IMG/VR virus record: IMGVR_UViG_3300028025_002044
Location: 12,450 to 76,449 of that record
Source of the DNA: a virus
DNA: 64,000 nt
Reading direction: 5' to 3' (one strand)
Every line of letters begins with the position of its first letter. Position 1 is the first letter of the stretch. Under the pieces are notes generated by a model, which was given only the letters and a program-made list of their open reading frames with translations, was not told the origin of the DNA and ran no database searches. Positions 34,775 through 46,700 of the stretch are shown here, one piece after another. Position numbers and translations under genes: made by a program.

Positions 34775-37700
34775 TTAATACTTTATCCTATAGGGGATTT
34801 GGTTTGCGTTTAGCTTTTGAAGCAGGTCAGTGATTTCGGCAGAGCTCTTGGTTTCGCTTAGTTTAGCCATATCAATCGATATGGCATCTTCATCGTTGTC
34901 CTGAGACTCGGCCAAGCTGGGGTAGTCAATGGCTTTACGGCTATCATCCAACTCTACTGACTGCATAAACGAGTACCCCATTTTGGTGAGCTTGTCGCTG
35001 TGATAAATCTTCCTGTTAGTTAGTTTGTTAGCAAAGGCAAGTAGTCCGGTGGCTAGGTGACGGCGTTGGTAAGGTTCGTTGGTGTAGATACCGTCAATGT
35101 ACATTTCATTTGCTAGACCGTCGGCCATAGGGTCGCCAATCTTAGTGCCAAATGTGGCTACAGCGCCGGCTGACGGATTTGCTGGGTCATAAGCATCTAT
35201 CCATATGTATGTATCTAGCGCCTGCGGGTCGTAGTCACTTTCCTTCAAAGAAACTTTGGCAGATAGTTTATATGGACGGCCGTACCTGTCTTTGTATGAC
35301 GCAGTTATTTTGGTGGTACTCTCTACAACCGTAGGAGTCTCGCGCTCTGTTGTAGTAGCACCGTCGAAGTCTATGTCTAGATTTTCGGTAGCCTTTTCCA
35401 TTATATTATCTTCACGCATGGCAGGCACCGAGAACCAGGAATCGTAGTGCTGGCGTCTAATAGATTTTAGGTTCTTTACCCTATTTGAATTAGAACCAAA
35501 CTGTTTTTCGGCTTCGGCAATCATGTCTGCATATGACTTCAACTCGGCTTCTTGATAGTCCTGCAGCGGAATACCGTAAGGGCCTGAAGTAAAGTCATAT
35601 GCTCGCTCTTTGTCTAGGTCTAGGTTCGGGTCAGCCGGGTCGAAAGGCTCGCCGCCAAATTTCATTAGCATAGGTGCAGCACTGTCAGGGCTGTCTGATT
35701 CAGTGGCAGCGTCTGCAAATCGCTTAGCGTTTCGGTCTACCTTAACATCCGTCATTCTAACTGGACGCTCTAGATATAGCCCATCTAGGCCCTTTACGCG
35801 GCTTAACGCAGTGTAAAGCTGGCCTGTAGCAAATGCACCATCTCCTAAATCAACCTTTAGATTGCTAATGGTTTTGCCTTGAAGCTTGTGGATAGTAGCT
35901 GCCCAGGCGAGCATCAAAGGAATCTGCTCATAGGTTGCTTCAGTAAATGGAGTCAGTTTATTGGTGACCTGGTTGCTAATGCTGTCTACTTGCTGACTGG
36001 CATCGTAGCCAACTTTATCCCACATGCTAGGGTAGACGTCATAAACGTTGTCTCCAACTCTAACCTTGACGTGGTCCTCTTCGAGAGCTACCACTTTTCC
36101 GATGGTTCCGTTTACCCATCTGCGAGCGGTCTTCTGGCCCTGACCAGACTCCTGATCTACGCTGTCTTTAGAAGAGCTAGGGGTGTCATTCCTGGTAAAC
36201 ATAACCTGAGCCCCAACCTTAAGGAAGAGCTTTTCCGGAGCAGGAAGCATGTCAAATGCTGGCTGTCCGGCACCACCAAACTCTCCGGTATATGTCTGAG
36301 ATTTGACGTTTCCTAGCTTGTCCATCTCCTCTTGGTTAATTTCGTCGGCTAGAGCGTTAGTTGTAACGGCGTAGATTAGGTCATTAACCGATTGAGCCAC
36401 TGGACGCATGCCAGCTTGATTGATGAAATCTAAGTCTTCCTGAGTAAATCTGCCTACTCGGATGTTGTTTAGGACCTTCTTAAATTCAGGGTCTGATTGA
36501 CGGAACACTTCGCTAAGTTCATAGACTTCTAGAGGCTGGTCAACCCAAGCTCTGGCGTCAAAGAAGAACATGCTCCTGTAGTTCTTCTCCATGTAGTCCT
36601 TGAGCTGAACGTCGCGCTTACCTACGAATGGAGACAGCTGGTATACGTCACCAAAACCAACAAACTGCACACCACCGAATGGTACGAATGGCTTGCCTTT
36701 TACATTCCTCAAAATTCTGTCCATAGCGTCTAGTAGGTCCGCTGAAACCATGGATATTTCGTCTACAACTAGGGTGTCTAGAGCCGCTAGGGCAGCCCTA
36801 ATTTTAGCCTTCTTTTTCGCATTTCCAATAATTAGCTGGCTTGCAGGAGTCTCGCCGTACACAATACCAGGCTTAAGTCCAAACAGAGAGTGGATGGTCG
36901 TGCCGCCAACATTTTCGGCTGCAGTTCCAGTGAATGACACTACAGCAATAATTTTTTCAGTAAAGTCACGGAAGAATTTAAGCAAGAATGATTTACCGGT
37001 ACCGGCTTTACCGGTAATAAATACAGGGCTCTTAGTGCTTTCTAGGTGGTTGTATAGCCACTGTTGCTCCGCAGACAGGTCGCCTTCTACAGTCGCCCGC
37101 TGTTCTTTATTTTTAACTGCAGGAATTTGGATAGGCGAGCCGTCTAAGTTATTCTTAGGTACATAGTTCTCTAACTTAGACTTATCAAATCCTTCTGGAA
37201 TGTCTATGCCTGACACAGGCTCGCCGTTGGCAATTCTCTTATCTAGAAGTGCCCCTAGAAGATCTTTCTTTACGGCCTCGACTAAGTTAGCGTCTATGAG
37301 CGGAAGCACACTCCAGAGTTCTCTAGCACGCTGGTCTGAAACCACACCTGACTCTTGAAGAATGTCCTGAACTGTTCTTAGGTCGGCAGTAGTTGGAGGG
37401 TTTACAGTAACCTGAGTCTCTATAGAAGGAGAAGTGTTCTCCTCCCCATTCTCGTACTTCATAAACATTGGAGTGGTTTTTGGCTGGTCTCGTAGGTAGT
37501 CCAAGAACTGGTCTACGGTCATGTTGCCGACGTTTTCAGGGACAGGTCGCTGCTGGGTGACAGGAGCTTCCTGTATAGGAGCGTCCGATCTTTTTCTAGG
37601 GGCGGCCATTTTGTCAGCTTTTTTGCCGTCAATTTTTTTAGCTCGTAGGCTGTCAAACTTAATTAAGTATTCTGCTAAGTCTTTAGTTCCAGACTTGGTT

Positions 37701-40700
37701 AGGAACTTGCCCCTGACGGACTCGAGGACAGCTTTGTACACTGGCTCTGGTAGGTATCCCCAGTTGTATAGGTTAGTAGCCTTTATGAAAATTAAATCTA
37801 AGTCATCCTTAGTAGGCATCATGTCATCGCTGTGGAAGGCTAGCTCTCCGGGCACAACCGAGTATCTCTGCTTTTGGATAGGTAGGAAGTCAGACAGAGG
37901 GATATTCTCGAATGAGAAATCTCCGTTTTCATCAGCGATTGCAATAGTTAGAGCGCCCTTGGCAGGGAATCCTACAATCTTACCGCGCTTGTCTGTGCCC
38001 TTAATAACGCCAAACATCGTGTCGCCCACCAAGATTCCGTCGGTACCTGGAGTTATGAAGCTTTCGGTCACGTTTTCAATGTCCGCAGGGTTAGTGATTT
38101 TAAGAGTGTAGTATCGAATATCGCTGTAGCCAGCTACGCTAGGTAGACCTGACTGCACTCTTCTAACACCCTTCTCATCGAATTCGTCATCAACAAAGAA
38201 TCCGGTATCGTACGAGTCCTCTGAGCCGTCTAGGTATTTAACAATTAGGCCGGATGAGGTACCTTCACCAGGATTGACCATCTCTCCGTAGACCACGCCA
38301 ATTTTACCGGTCTTCTTGTTCATAACATAAGCACCCGGGTGTAGCTGCTCTAGGTCGTACTGAGAAGTCTCCTCAGAAGAACTCTCTTCCGGCCTAAAAC
38401 GTTCAGGCACACTCTTAGGCTCAACTTTTGATGACCAAACACGAGGCTCAAATTGCATGAACATGGGCTTGCCCTGGCCAGTGGCCGGAGTAAGCATGTC
38501 TTCATTGTTGAAAATAAAGTACGGGTGGAATGAGTCTGGCCAACGCTCTGCATTTGCTTCCTCGGTGTCAAATCCAAATGGAGCTATTGCCCAGCCCTTA
38601 TCAAGCTTTTTAGAGTTTGAGCTAGCTACGTAGTTAGTAACTACCATTGTAGGTAGGAACGGAACGTTTGCCTCTATAGCGGCGGCTATACGGTGATTTC
38701 CGTCTAGCACAAATGCAGTCTTATTTGCAGGATTGTACGAAATAATTATCGGAGTTGCTGGGAGTGCGCCAAGTCCCATAGACCTGACCATCTTTTCGAT
38801 TTTGTCTTTGTCGAGGTCTGTGTTGCCAGGCATTCCTGCTAGGGCGGATGGTTTTACGTAGCCAACGACCGAGTTAGATGAGCCTAAGCCGCCATCAGGG
38901 TCAGTGGAGATGTCTAGCCCATTATTGAACGAATCCGCGTAGGAAGCGGTTAGGTAATCCAGGTCTTGCTCGAAATTAGCAGCTCTAGTAATTCCGGCAG
39001 GAGTTTCAAATTCTCTGTCAGGGATTGACTCTGTAGAGACTAAGTCAGCTTCAATGTAAGTGCTGAACGCGTTAGGAATCTCATAGCCTTCCGAGTCAAG
39101 TCTAGGGGAACGGCTAACTTCTAGGACTCGAAGCTTAGCTCCAGCGTTGAGAAGCACCTCGCGCTCACCGTCTTTGTATGTCAGACCCTGAGGCATGACA
39201 ATTGCATTTGAGCCTTTAGGGGCACGGATGATTAAGAAGAATCCTTCTTCGTTAGATAGGAGGCTGGCCGAGCCAGGACCAAAGTCGTCGTAAGCCACTA
39301 CTGGAGACATACTGGTAGAACTGAATGACGGCAGTGTAATCTCATCGCCAGGCTGAGCATCGATTAGTGCATCGTGCTGAGCATCTCCCGGGTTTCCAGT
39401 AGAACCGTGGTAGAGATACATGTTTCTGTCTAGCTTGGCTTCAGGCTTGGCAAATGCAGCAGTCAGACCACGGAGCATCGACTCTGTCATGTCAGCAACC
39501 GTGCGAGACATTTCTTTGCCCTCGAGTAGGTTAGAAATCCATCGCCACCCGCTATAGCCGTAGTTCTTGAGGGCAGACTTTTCTTCAGCAGTAAAGATGT
39601 CTTTATCTACTGGATCGGCGTATGTCCTAGGCATGTCGTAGTAGCCGTCCCAGATTACAGGGTAGCCCTGCTCGTCGTCTTTCCACTCATCCGAGAAGTT
39701 CATGAACTGGAACTTAGGGTCTTGGAAATGTTTAGCTAGGTTGTATTTATCTGCTTTGCCGAATACGAGACCATCGTATGCACTCTTTAGAGCACCCACG
39801 TGAGCCATGAACTTAGTTTTTGCGAGCTCTTTTGTGCCTTCGGATGAATTAGGGTTATTCCTAGTAGATAGGTAGTCTTTTTCAGCATTTAAGGTGCTTG
39901 AATAGATGCTTCTAATAAATGCCGAGTCGTCTTCACCTAGGTTGGTGCCTACCGGTGTCAGGCCGTTTTCATAGAATGAGCGGCGTCTGTTGAACTCTAC
40001 TATAAGTTCAGGTTCTTCTGCAGGCTCAGGGAAGTTAGGTTTGCTGGATTCTGAAGAAGCCATGCTTATAACTTCGCGCGGGCGAACGCCAATTGGGTTC
40101 TTTCCAGCAATTTTTTCGTTATAGAAGTCGACAAAATCTCTTAGGTACGGAGGGATGACACCTTTTTCGGTAACCCACATGTACATGGCGTAGAAGTATT
40201 CTGCAAAGTTTTCTCGGACACTGGTTGCGCCGTAGTTAGACATTGGCTTATCGCCAAATTTCTCTTCAAACTCCCGGTAGAGAGGCATGGACTCATCGCC
40301 CATATACAGTGAGCCAATTCCATGGCCGTATTCGTGAATTTGAGTCCTAGAGAACCTGTCTTTAGCGTCAGGTCCACCCATTACGGCATTCGTCCCCCCT
40401 ACCTGAGCATTTTTGTTGCCATAGCCAGCGGTGCTTAATCCAAAGAATACGCCGTGCTCTCCAGCTGTCGCGGCAATCCCACCGACATCTTCATTATCAA
40501 TTAACGTCTCGTAAGTGAAACTTCCGTTAGGGAATACAGTGTAGTAAGTCGGAACGTTGCCTAGATTGTTAAGCGCACCTAGAACCCTAGCATTTGCGAC
40601 TATGTCTGACAGCATTTCAGGGGTAGCTATTGCATCTTTTACCCTGATGAATTGGTTAGTTCCGTCTATCTGGAATACGCGGTATGTAGACTGGTCGCTA

Positions 40701-43700
40701 GAAGCTTGCTTAACCTTAGCGATAAAACCTAGTCTTAGTGCGTCAATATCCTCTTGCGACATCCGAGAGAGTTCTGCTGGAGAGTACATATTCTCAAGGT
40801 AGTTTTTTCTGAAGTAAGTTTCATTAAAGTTTCCGTTAGCATCTACTAGAGACGGTACAAGACCAGACTCGGAGTCTGTACCGGCTAGCCAGTTGCCCTT
40901 AGAGTAGCCCTCCATGGAACGTTCCAGCTCCCTGAGGTTCTCTCCCGTAATCTCTACTAGGCCGTCAACGGGGACGCCTCCCACGGAAGCACTAGGCATA
41001 CGCATTAACATCGGCTTAGAGCGGTTCTTCTTTTCGACAATGTGCTCGACCACAAGATCAAATACGTTGACGGGCTTGACATTCATGTCGGATATAAGTG
41101 CGTCCATGTAGTCGGTAAATTCTTGGTTTGCCGGGGCCTGATTAGCCATCCTCGAGTACAAGAAGTCAAAGAATAGCTCTGCAAATTTTTCTGAGTGGTC
41201 ACCTTCACCGTATGAGGATATGTAGGTATTTTCAAATCTCTCTTTGAAATCTTTTGCTAACTCAAATACTTCGTTATTTCTCAGGGTGGAACCGAATATT
41301 GCTCGGTGATAGGCGTGGCCATACTCATGTAGGAAAGTTAGTACCGACTCTGGGATGTTTCCAGAGTTGTGTAGTCGACGACGACCGCCGGGGCCTTCAG
41401 TAAATCTAGGGTCAAATCTATTCTCGTAGAAAGATTCTTTTCTCAGAGCGATGTTTAAGTTGCCGCCAGTAAAGGTGAAAAATGCAGATGTGCCCATGAA
41501 TTCTGGCATATCTTGGTACAGCAAGGCCATCTCTTCGTTGGTAATTAGAGATACTGTTAGTTTTCTATTACCGACAGGTGCAATTTCTCGCGCCTTTGTA
41601 ATCATCTTAGCGAGCTTCTCTAAGTGAGTAGGAGTTATTTCCACGCCATCGGCTTTATTGTAAGTAATGTAGCTATTTTTACCTACCTTTAGGGCAACCA
41701 TGTTTTCTAGAGATGATCGGTCTTGCATCTTAGCTTCAAAAAGAGCTTCTGCTTCCTCGAGCTTAGCTAAATTCTCTTCAGTAGGGTTCTGATATATCTC
41801 ACTTAATTTATCGGGTCCACCTAAAGCTGAAGCTAGGAATTTATTTCTAGCATAGTTGACATCAATAGATGCTTTTTTATTGTTGAGAACAGACTTAATT
41901 AGCCTCTTCTTTTTTGACCCGGTAACTTCTGATACATCTACCCCGCGCATTCCGCTTAGCACGCTGTCAGAAATGGTAGAACCTGCATCATCAATAAATC
42001 TTTGTAGGCTTAGCTTTGTTGAAGGAGTATTTCCACCACGCTTATCGTTGGCTTTGATAAATTCAGAAATATACTCCGCTGCCTGAGCCCTAGTCATACC
42101 CTTAATAGGTGCAAGAATTCTTTCTTGCTCGTCGGTGTCAAATCCAGACTTCTCTAAATACTTTCTAAAGCCATACTTGTCGGTACCATTTTGCTTGTCG
42201 GTAGCCGGCCCATTGGGGCTAATTCCTGATAGGAATTTATTCATTCTCTCCGAGTAACGTTTTGCTAGAGCATCCTTGTCCAGTGCTTCTAATTTTTCGT
42301 TAGGTTTTTGGCTAGCCATTTCAAGTGAGCGCATGACAAGGCGGAATGCGTCCTCAGCATCTGCATCCGCACTGTGCCATCTAGTAGTGTCAAATCCTAG
42401 GAACTTAGCTACATACCCAAGGCTAGTTGTGGATACAAAATTGCCGGAGCCCTTCTCGGTCTCTTTTTTAGGCCCGTCTACGCCATTCTCAGGGTCATAC
42501 TTAGGGATGATGGCATCGATAAGGTCCTTAGAGTCCACAGTTCCAGCTACGCTGAAATCAGTTACACCGGCTTTGTCAAGCATTCTCTGGAGAACTTCAA
42601 GGTCAAACGGTACGTTCTGCCCACCAATAAGAGGGTTGTTGCCCATGAACTCAATCATTTGACGTACGGCTTCTTCGGTGCTCATCTGCTTTGACAGCCA
42701 TTCGTCAGTGACTAGGTCGTCACCAATAACCTCTCCTGTAGGAGACACCACATCCCTCTTGAGATTAGCTGCTGACCATTCTCCTAAAGGAGCTTCAGGG
42801 TTGAGGTAGATATTAAATCTGCCAGTAACCTCGCCCTTTTCTACCTTAACGATACCGACCTGAACGGCGTTGTTCGGCTGGTTGTCTCCGTCGTAATCGC
42901 TGATACCAGTGGTCTCGGTGTCGAAGTAGTAAATAGGAGTGTCTAGGTTCTTAATGAAGTCTAGAACCTCGGCCCAGTTCTTGCCTTGGACAGCGTCAAG
43001 TAGAGACCCCGTGAACGCGCCCGGAGTAGGCTGACGGTCGCGGCCGACGTCCATAGTGGTTGGGTTTAGAACCATGCCGAGCGGTGTGCCAATATTTTTA
43101 TCGGACAAGAATGACATAGCAGCTGGCTTAGGATTGACTTCTTGTACATGTACTGGAGGTAAGTCAGAAAGACTCTTTGTAGGGACATATCCATCCAACT
43201 TGGACATGTCGTAGCCCCTAGGCGCACGTTTTGCTAATAAGTCAGATACCGGATACCCATTTGCAATTCTCCAGTCAAGTTCTAGATTATCTAACTTGCT
43301 TATAAGATCAAAGACTTTTGCTTTGTTCATGCTAGGCAAATCGCCAGCAATCTTTTTAATTTCTTCTGGAGACAGCAGGCCAGGTATAGATAGTCTCCTA
43401 GCTACACTCTGTAGCTCTTTCTTAGTTGCAACTTCCGAAGAAAAATCAAAACCATCTTGGAATAGGAATAACGGTCTGTACGGTTCAACATCTTCGCCAC
43501 TCTCTACTCTAGCGTCGTAGTCAGCCCTACGCCTGTCTTCCATTTTTCTAAGCTCGCCAAGTATTCGATCCTTCTCCGCCTGGGTGTTCCAAGCAGCCAT
43601 AGTGAAGAGCTTAGGTGAGTTTCTCTTACTAGGATTCATAAAGTATACGCGGGTAGTTCGTACCCGAGTCTCTTGCTTGCCAGGCTTTCTTGGCTCTGGT

Positions 43701-46700
43701 CTTGGAGCCGGGGTGGGTCTAGGTTCTGGAGTAGGAGTCGGTCTAGATGGCTCGCCACCTGGAGCTGGAGTGCTTGGTGCAGTAGACCCATCTCGCTTAG
43801 CGATGCTAAGTTTTGATGTCCTGCGAACGCGGAGACGTCTAGGTGTAGTGTCTCCAGGTCGAGTTATCTCAATGAGCAGAACGTTAGGGTCTTTATCGTC
43901 CGGCTTAGGCTTGCTCATTACTCTAGCAAAGCCACGAATTCTGTCCCAGACTAGGTCACCGACTACAATTTCGCTACCCTGAACGGTCTCTAGCTCACGG
44001 TCTGGAGTGAGTTCTCTCTCCTCGTCTTCATCCTGCTCCTCGAACTCGCCGGTGAGTGGGTTAACCTGACTGACCATAGGCATAGAGAAAGACTCGACAA
44101 TACGCTGATCAGTGTCGTCTTCGTAGACCACATCTACGTAAGAGATGTAATCCTTGCCTTCCTCCCGATATTTTATTTTGCTTACAGACTTTACCTTTTT
44201 CCATACAGAAGGTTTGCCGTCTTCTTTAACCTCAACAAATGTGCCAGGAACGATTTCCTCAAAGTGCTTTAGTTCGTGAGGACCAGCGGTCTTAAGTTCT
44301 TCAATCTCGCGTTGCTTAGCTTCGTCTACGGCAGGTTTTGCTTCGGGCTCCGGGGACCTAATACTGTCCAGTTCTTCTTGAGTTTTAGGCAGGTTGTCGA
44401 TGCCTTCAGCTTCAATTATTCCTCTGTCGCTAAGAGCTTGGCGCACTCTATTCACTACTATAGTAAGTAGATCGTCCGATGCCTCGAGTACAGTGTCACT
44501 CTTAGACTGAAGATCATTAAATACTTTATTAGCTTCAGCGATTGCTTCAGCTAAAATGTCTTTAGCTTGGCTAACAAATAGATCCACCTCGTCATCGGTA
44601 GCCTCCCACTTACCAATAGCAGTAACAAATCCGGCATCATTACCAAAAGCATCGAAAATTTCTATACGTATATCAGCTATTGTCTTACCAGTAGCCGGAC
44701 GAAACATGGAGTCGTCGACACGTACAGCGCCACCTGCAGATTTTCCAACCACTGCGGGCAATACTACATTTTTATCCCACTTGGGTTTGTCCGCATCAGA
44801 CGCAGCGTCAATCAAATCTCTTATAGCACCTACGTTAGTAGTAGCGGGGATGAATGGCTTTGGAGTAGGGGTAGCGGCTGGCTGGTCGGCTTCCGGCTCA
44901 GGCTCTGCGGCCGGCTCTTCGGTAGGCTGGTCTTCCTCTGCCTCGGGCTCTCCAGAAGTATCCTCTGATGCAGCTTTTTCTTTTTCAAGATCGGCCAAGA
45001 ACTTGTCAATATCTTTTGTTCCAAAGTCCTTTCCTTTTATCTGAGCAATAAGCTCTTCTTTACGCTCTTCAGTGATGTAATCTTCTACATAAGCATCTAT
45101 AACTGAATCTACAAGCTTATCTTTTTGAGATTCATTTAGAGGCTCGCCGTGCTTTTCTTTCCAGGCCGCAAGTTTTTCCCGCCGGGACTTAAGCTGGTCT
45201 TGTCTTTGACTATTTACGGTTTCGATAAGTCTTTCTTTGTAGTTATCTACATAATCGAGTAGTCGGTCTTCTCCAACTGTATCTAGAACTATTCTGTTAT
45301 AGACTTGAGACCAGTAATATCTATCATTAATATATGCAATAAGAGCGTCGGCGCTAGAATTTAGTATGTCTTCGGCATCTGCATTACCCTCGGAGGACTG
45401 TCGCTCATATCTTTCTACTAAAAGATTCATAGCTTTAGACACAACGGTATCTATAAAATCAAAATATATTCTCAGGTCGGACTCTATTTTGTCTTCACTG
45501 ATAGAGTAATATTTGTCGGTTGTAATCCTACTAAATAGCCTATTAAATTTCTCTTGAACATCTTTTGGTAGAGATTTAATCACTAAATCAAGTGCATTTG
45601 GTACCGATTTACCGTCTTCAAGAATTAGCTCGGTTGAAGACTCCGGCTTATCTTCTTCTGCCTCTGCTTCTGACTCTTCAGCTGGTTTTTCACCGCTTAG
45701 TTCGGCTTGGACTAGCTCTAGGTCCTTTGTGCCAAACTTGCCGTCGCGCATCTGATTCTTAATTTCAGTCTCGCGCTCTTTAGTAATGATGCCATTAGCT
45801 ACGGCATCCTTCAGCTGGCCTAGGAAGCCGCTCCTCTGAGACGGACTTAGTACGCTACCGTGTAGCTCTTCCCACGAGGCTTTCTCTGCTGCATCAGCAT
45901 CATCTTTTTTCTTTTTTGCAGCTTCTTCAGCGGCTTTCTTTTCATTGTCTCGGTTTACCCACTTTTGAATTTCTGCAGGCATATTATCAACTGCATCGGC
46001 AATTGCATCAGAAATATTGTCAAGCAACGACTTCCACTCTGATGGAGTTAGGTCGGCGTTCATTTCTAACTGATGCCCAGCTTTGCCTAATACAAATGAT
46101 GGAGTATCTTCTTTGCTGAGAGATAAGGCTAAAGATATAGCTTTTCTAATTGCTTGCCTAATAACTAGATCTTGGTACTTCACCCAATCCGTGGCTTGCT
46201 GAAGATTATTTGGGTCAAACTCTGGTTGCGGTAAGTCGTCACCTCTTTTTACAAAAATTCCTAGCGTTCTATCCTGAAAACGAGAAAACTCGACTTGCAT
46301 AGAGTCAGGGCCAAGCTGTCCGTTGCCCGCTTCCCCTGTTCTTTCGCCGCGGGTGGGGTCAGCTAGTTCGCCGTTGGCTAAGCGTCTAGGCTCAGACGTT
46401 GATACTTCAGTTTCTTGCTCCGGCTCTGGTTCTGGCTCTGGCTCTGGCTCTGGCTCCGAGGCTGAAAGAGACTCTTTAAGGGCGTTAAGAAGAGTCTTGG
46501 CGTGCTGGGAGATAGGAATGCTTTTGTTTTCGGAGTCTAGATTAATTACTAGTGCGCCGGTTACATCGTCCACCTGAGCAACGAGAGTGTACCCCTCGTG
46601 ATTGCCAAATACAATTCGGTCTACGGCATCGCCATTTGGAGTACCCTGATCGATATCTCCATGGATAACTACATTGCCGCGCTTATCAATCGAGTAGCCA

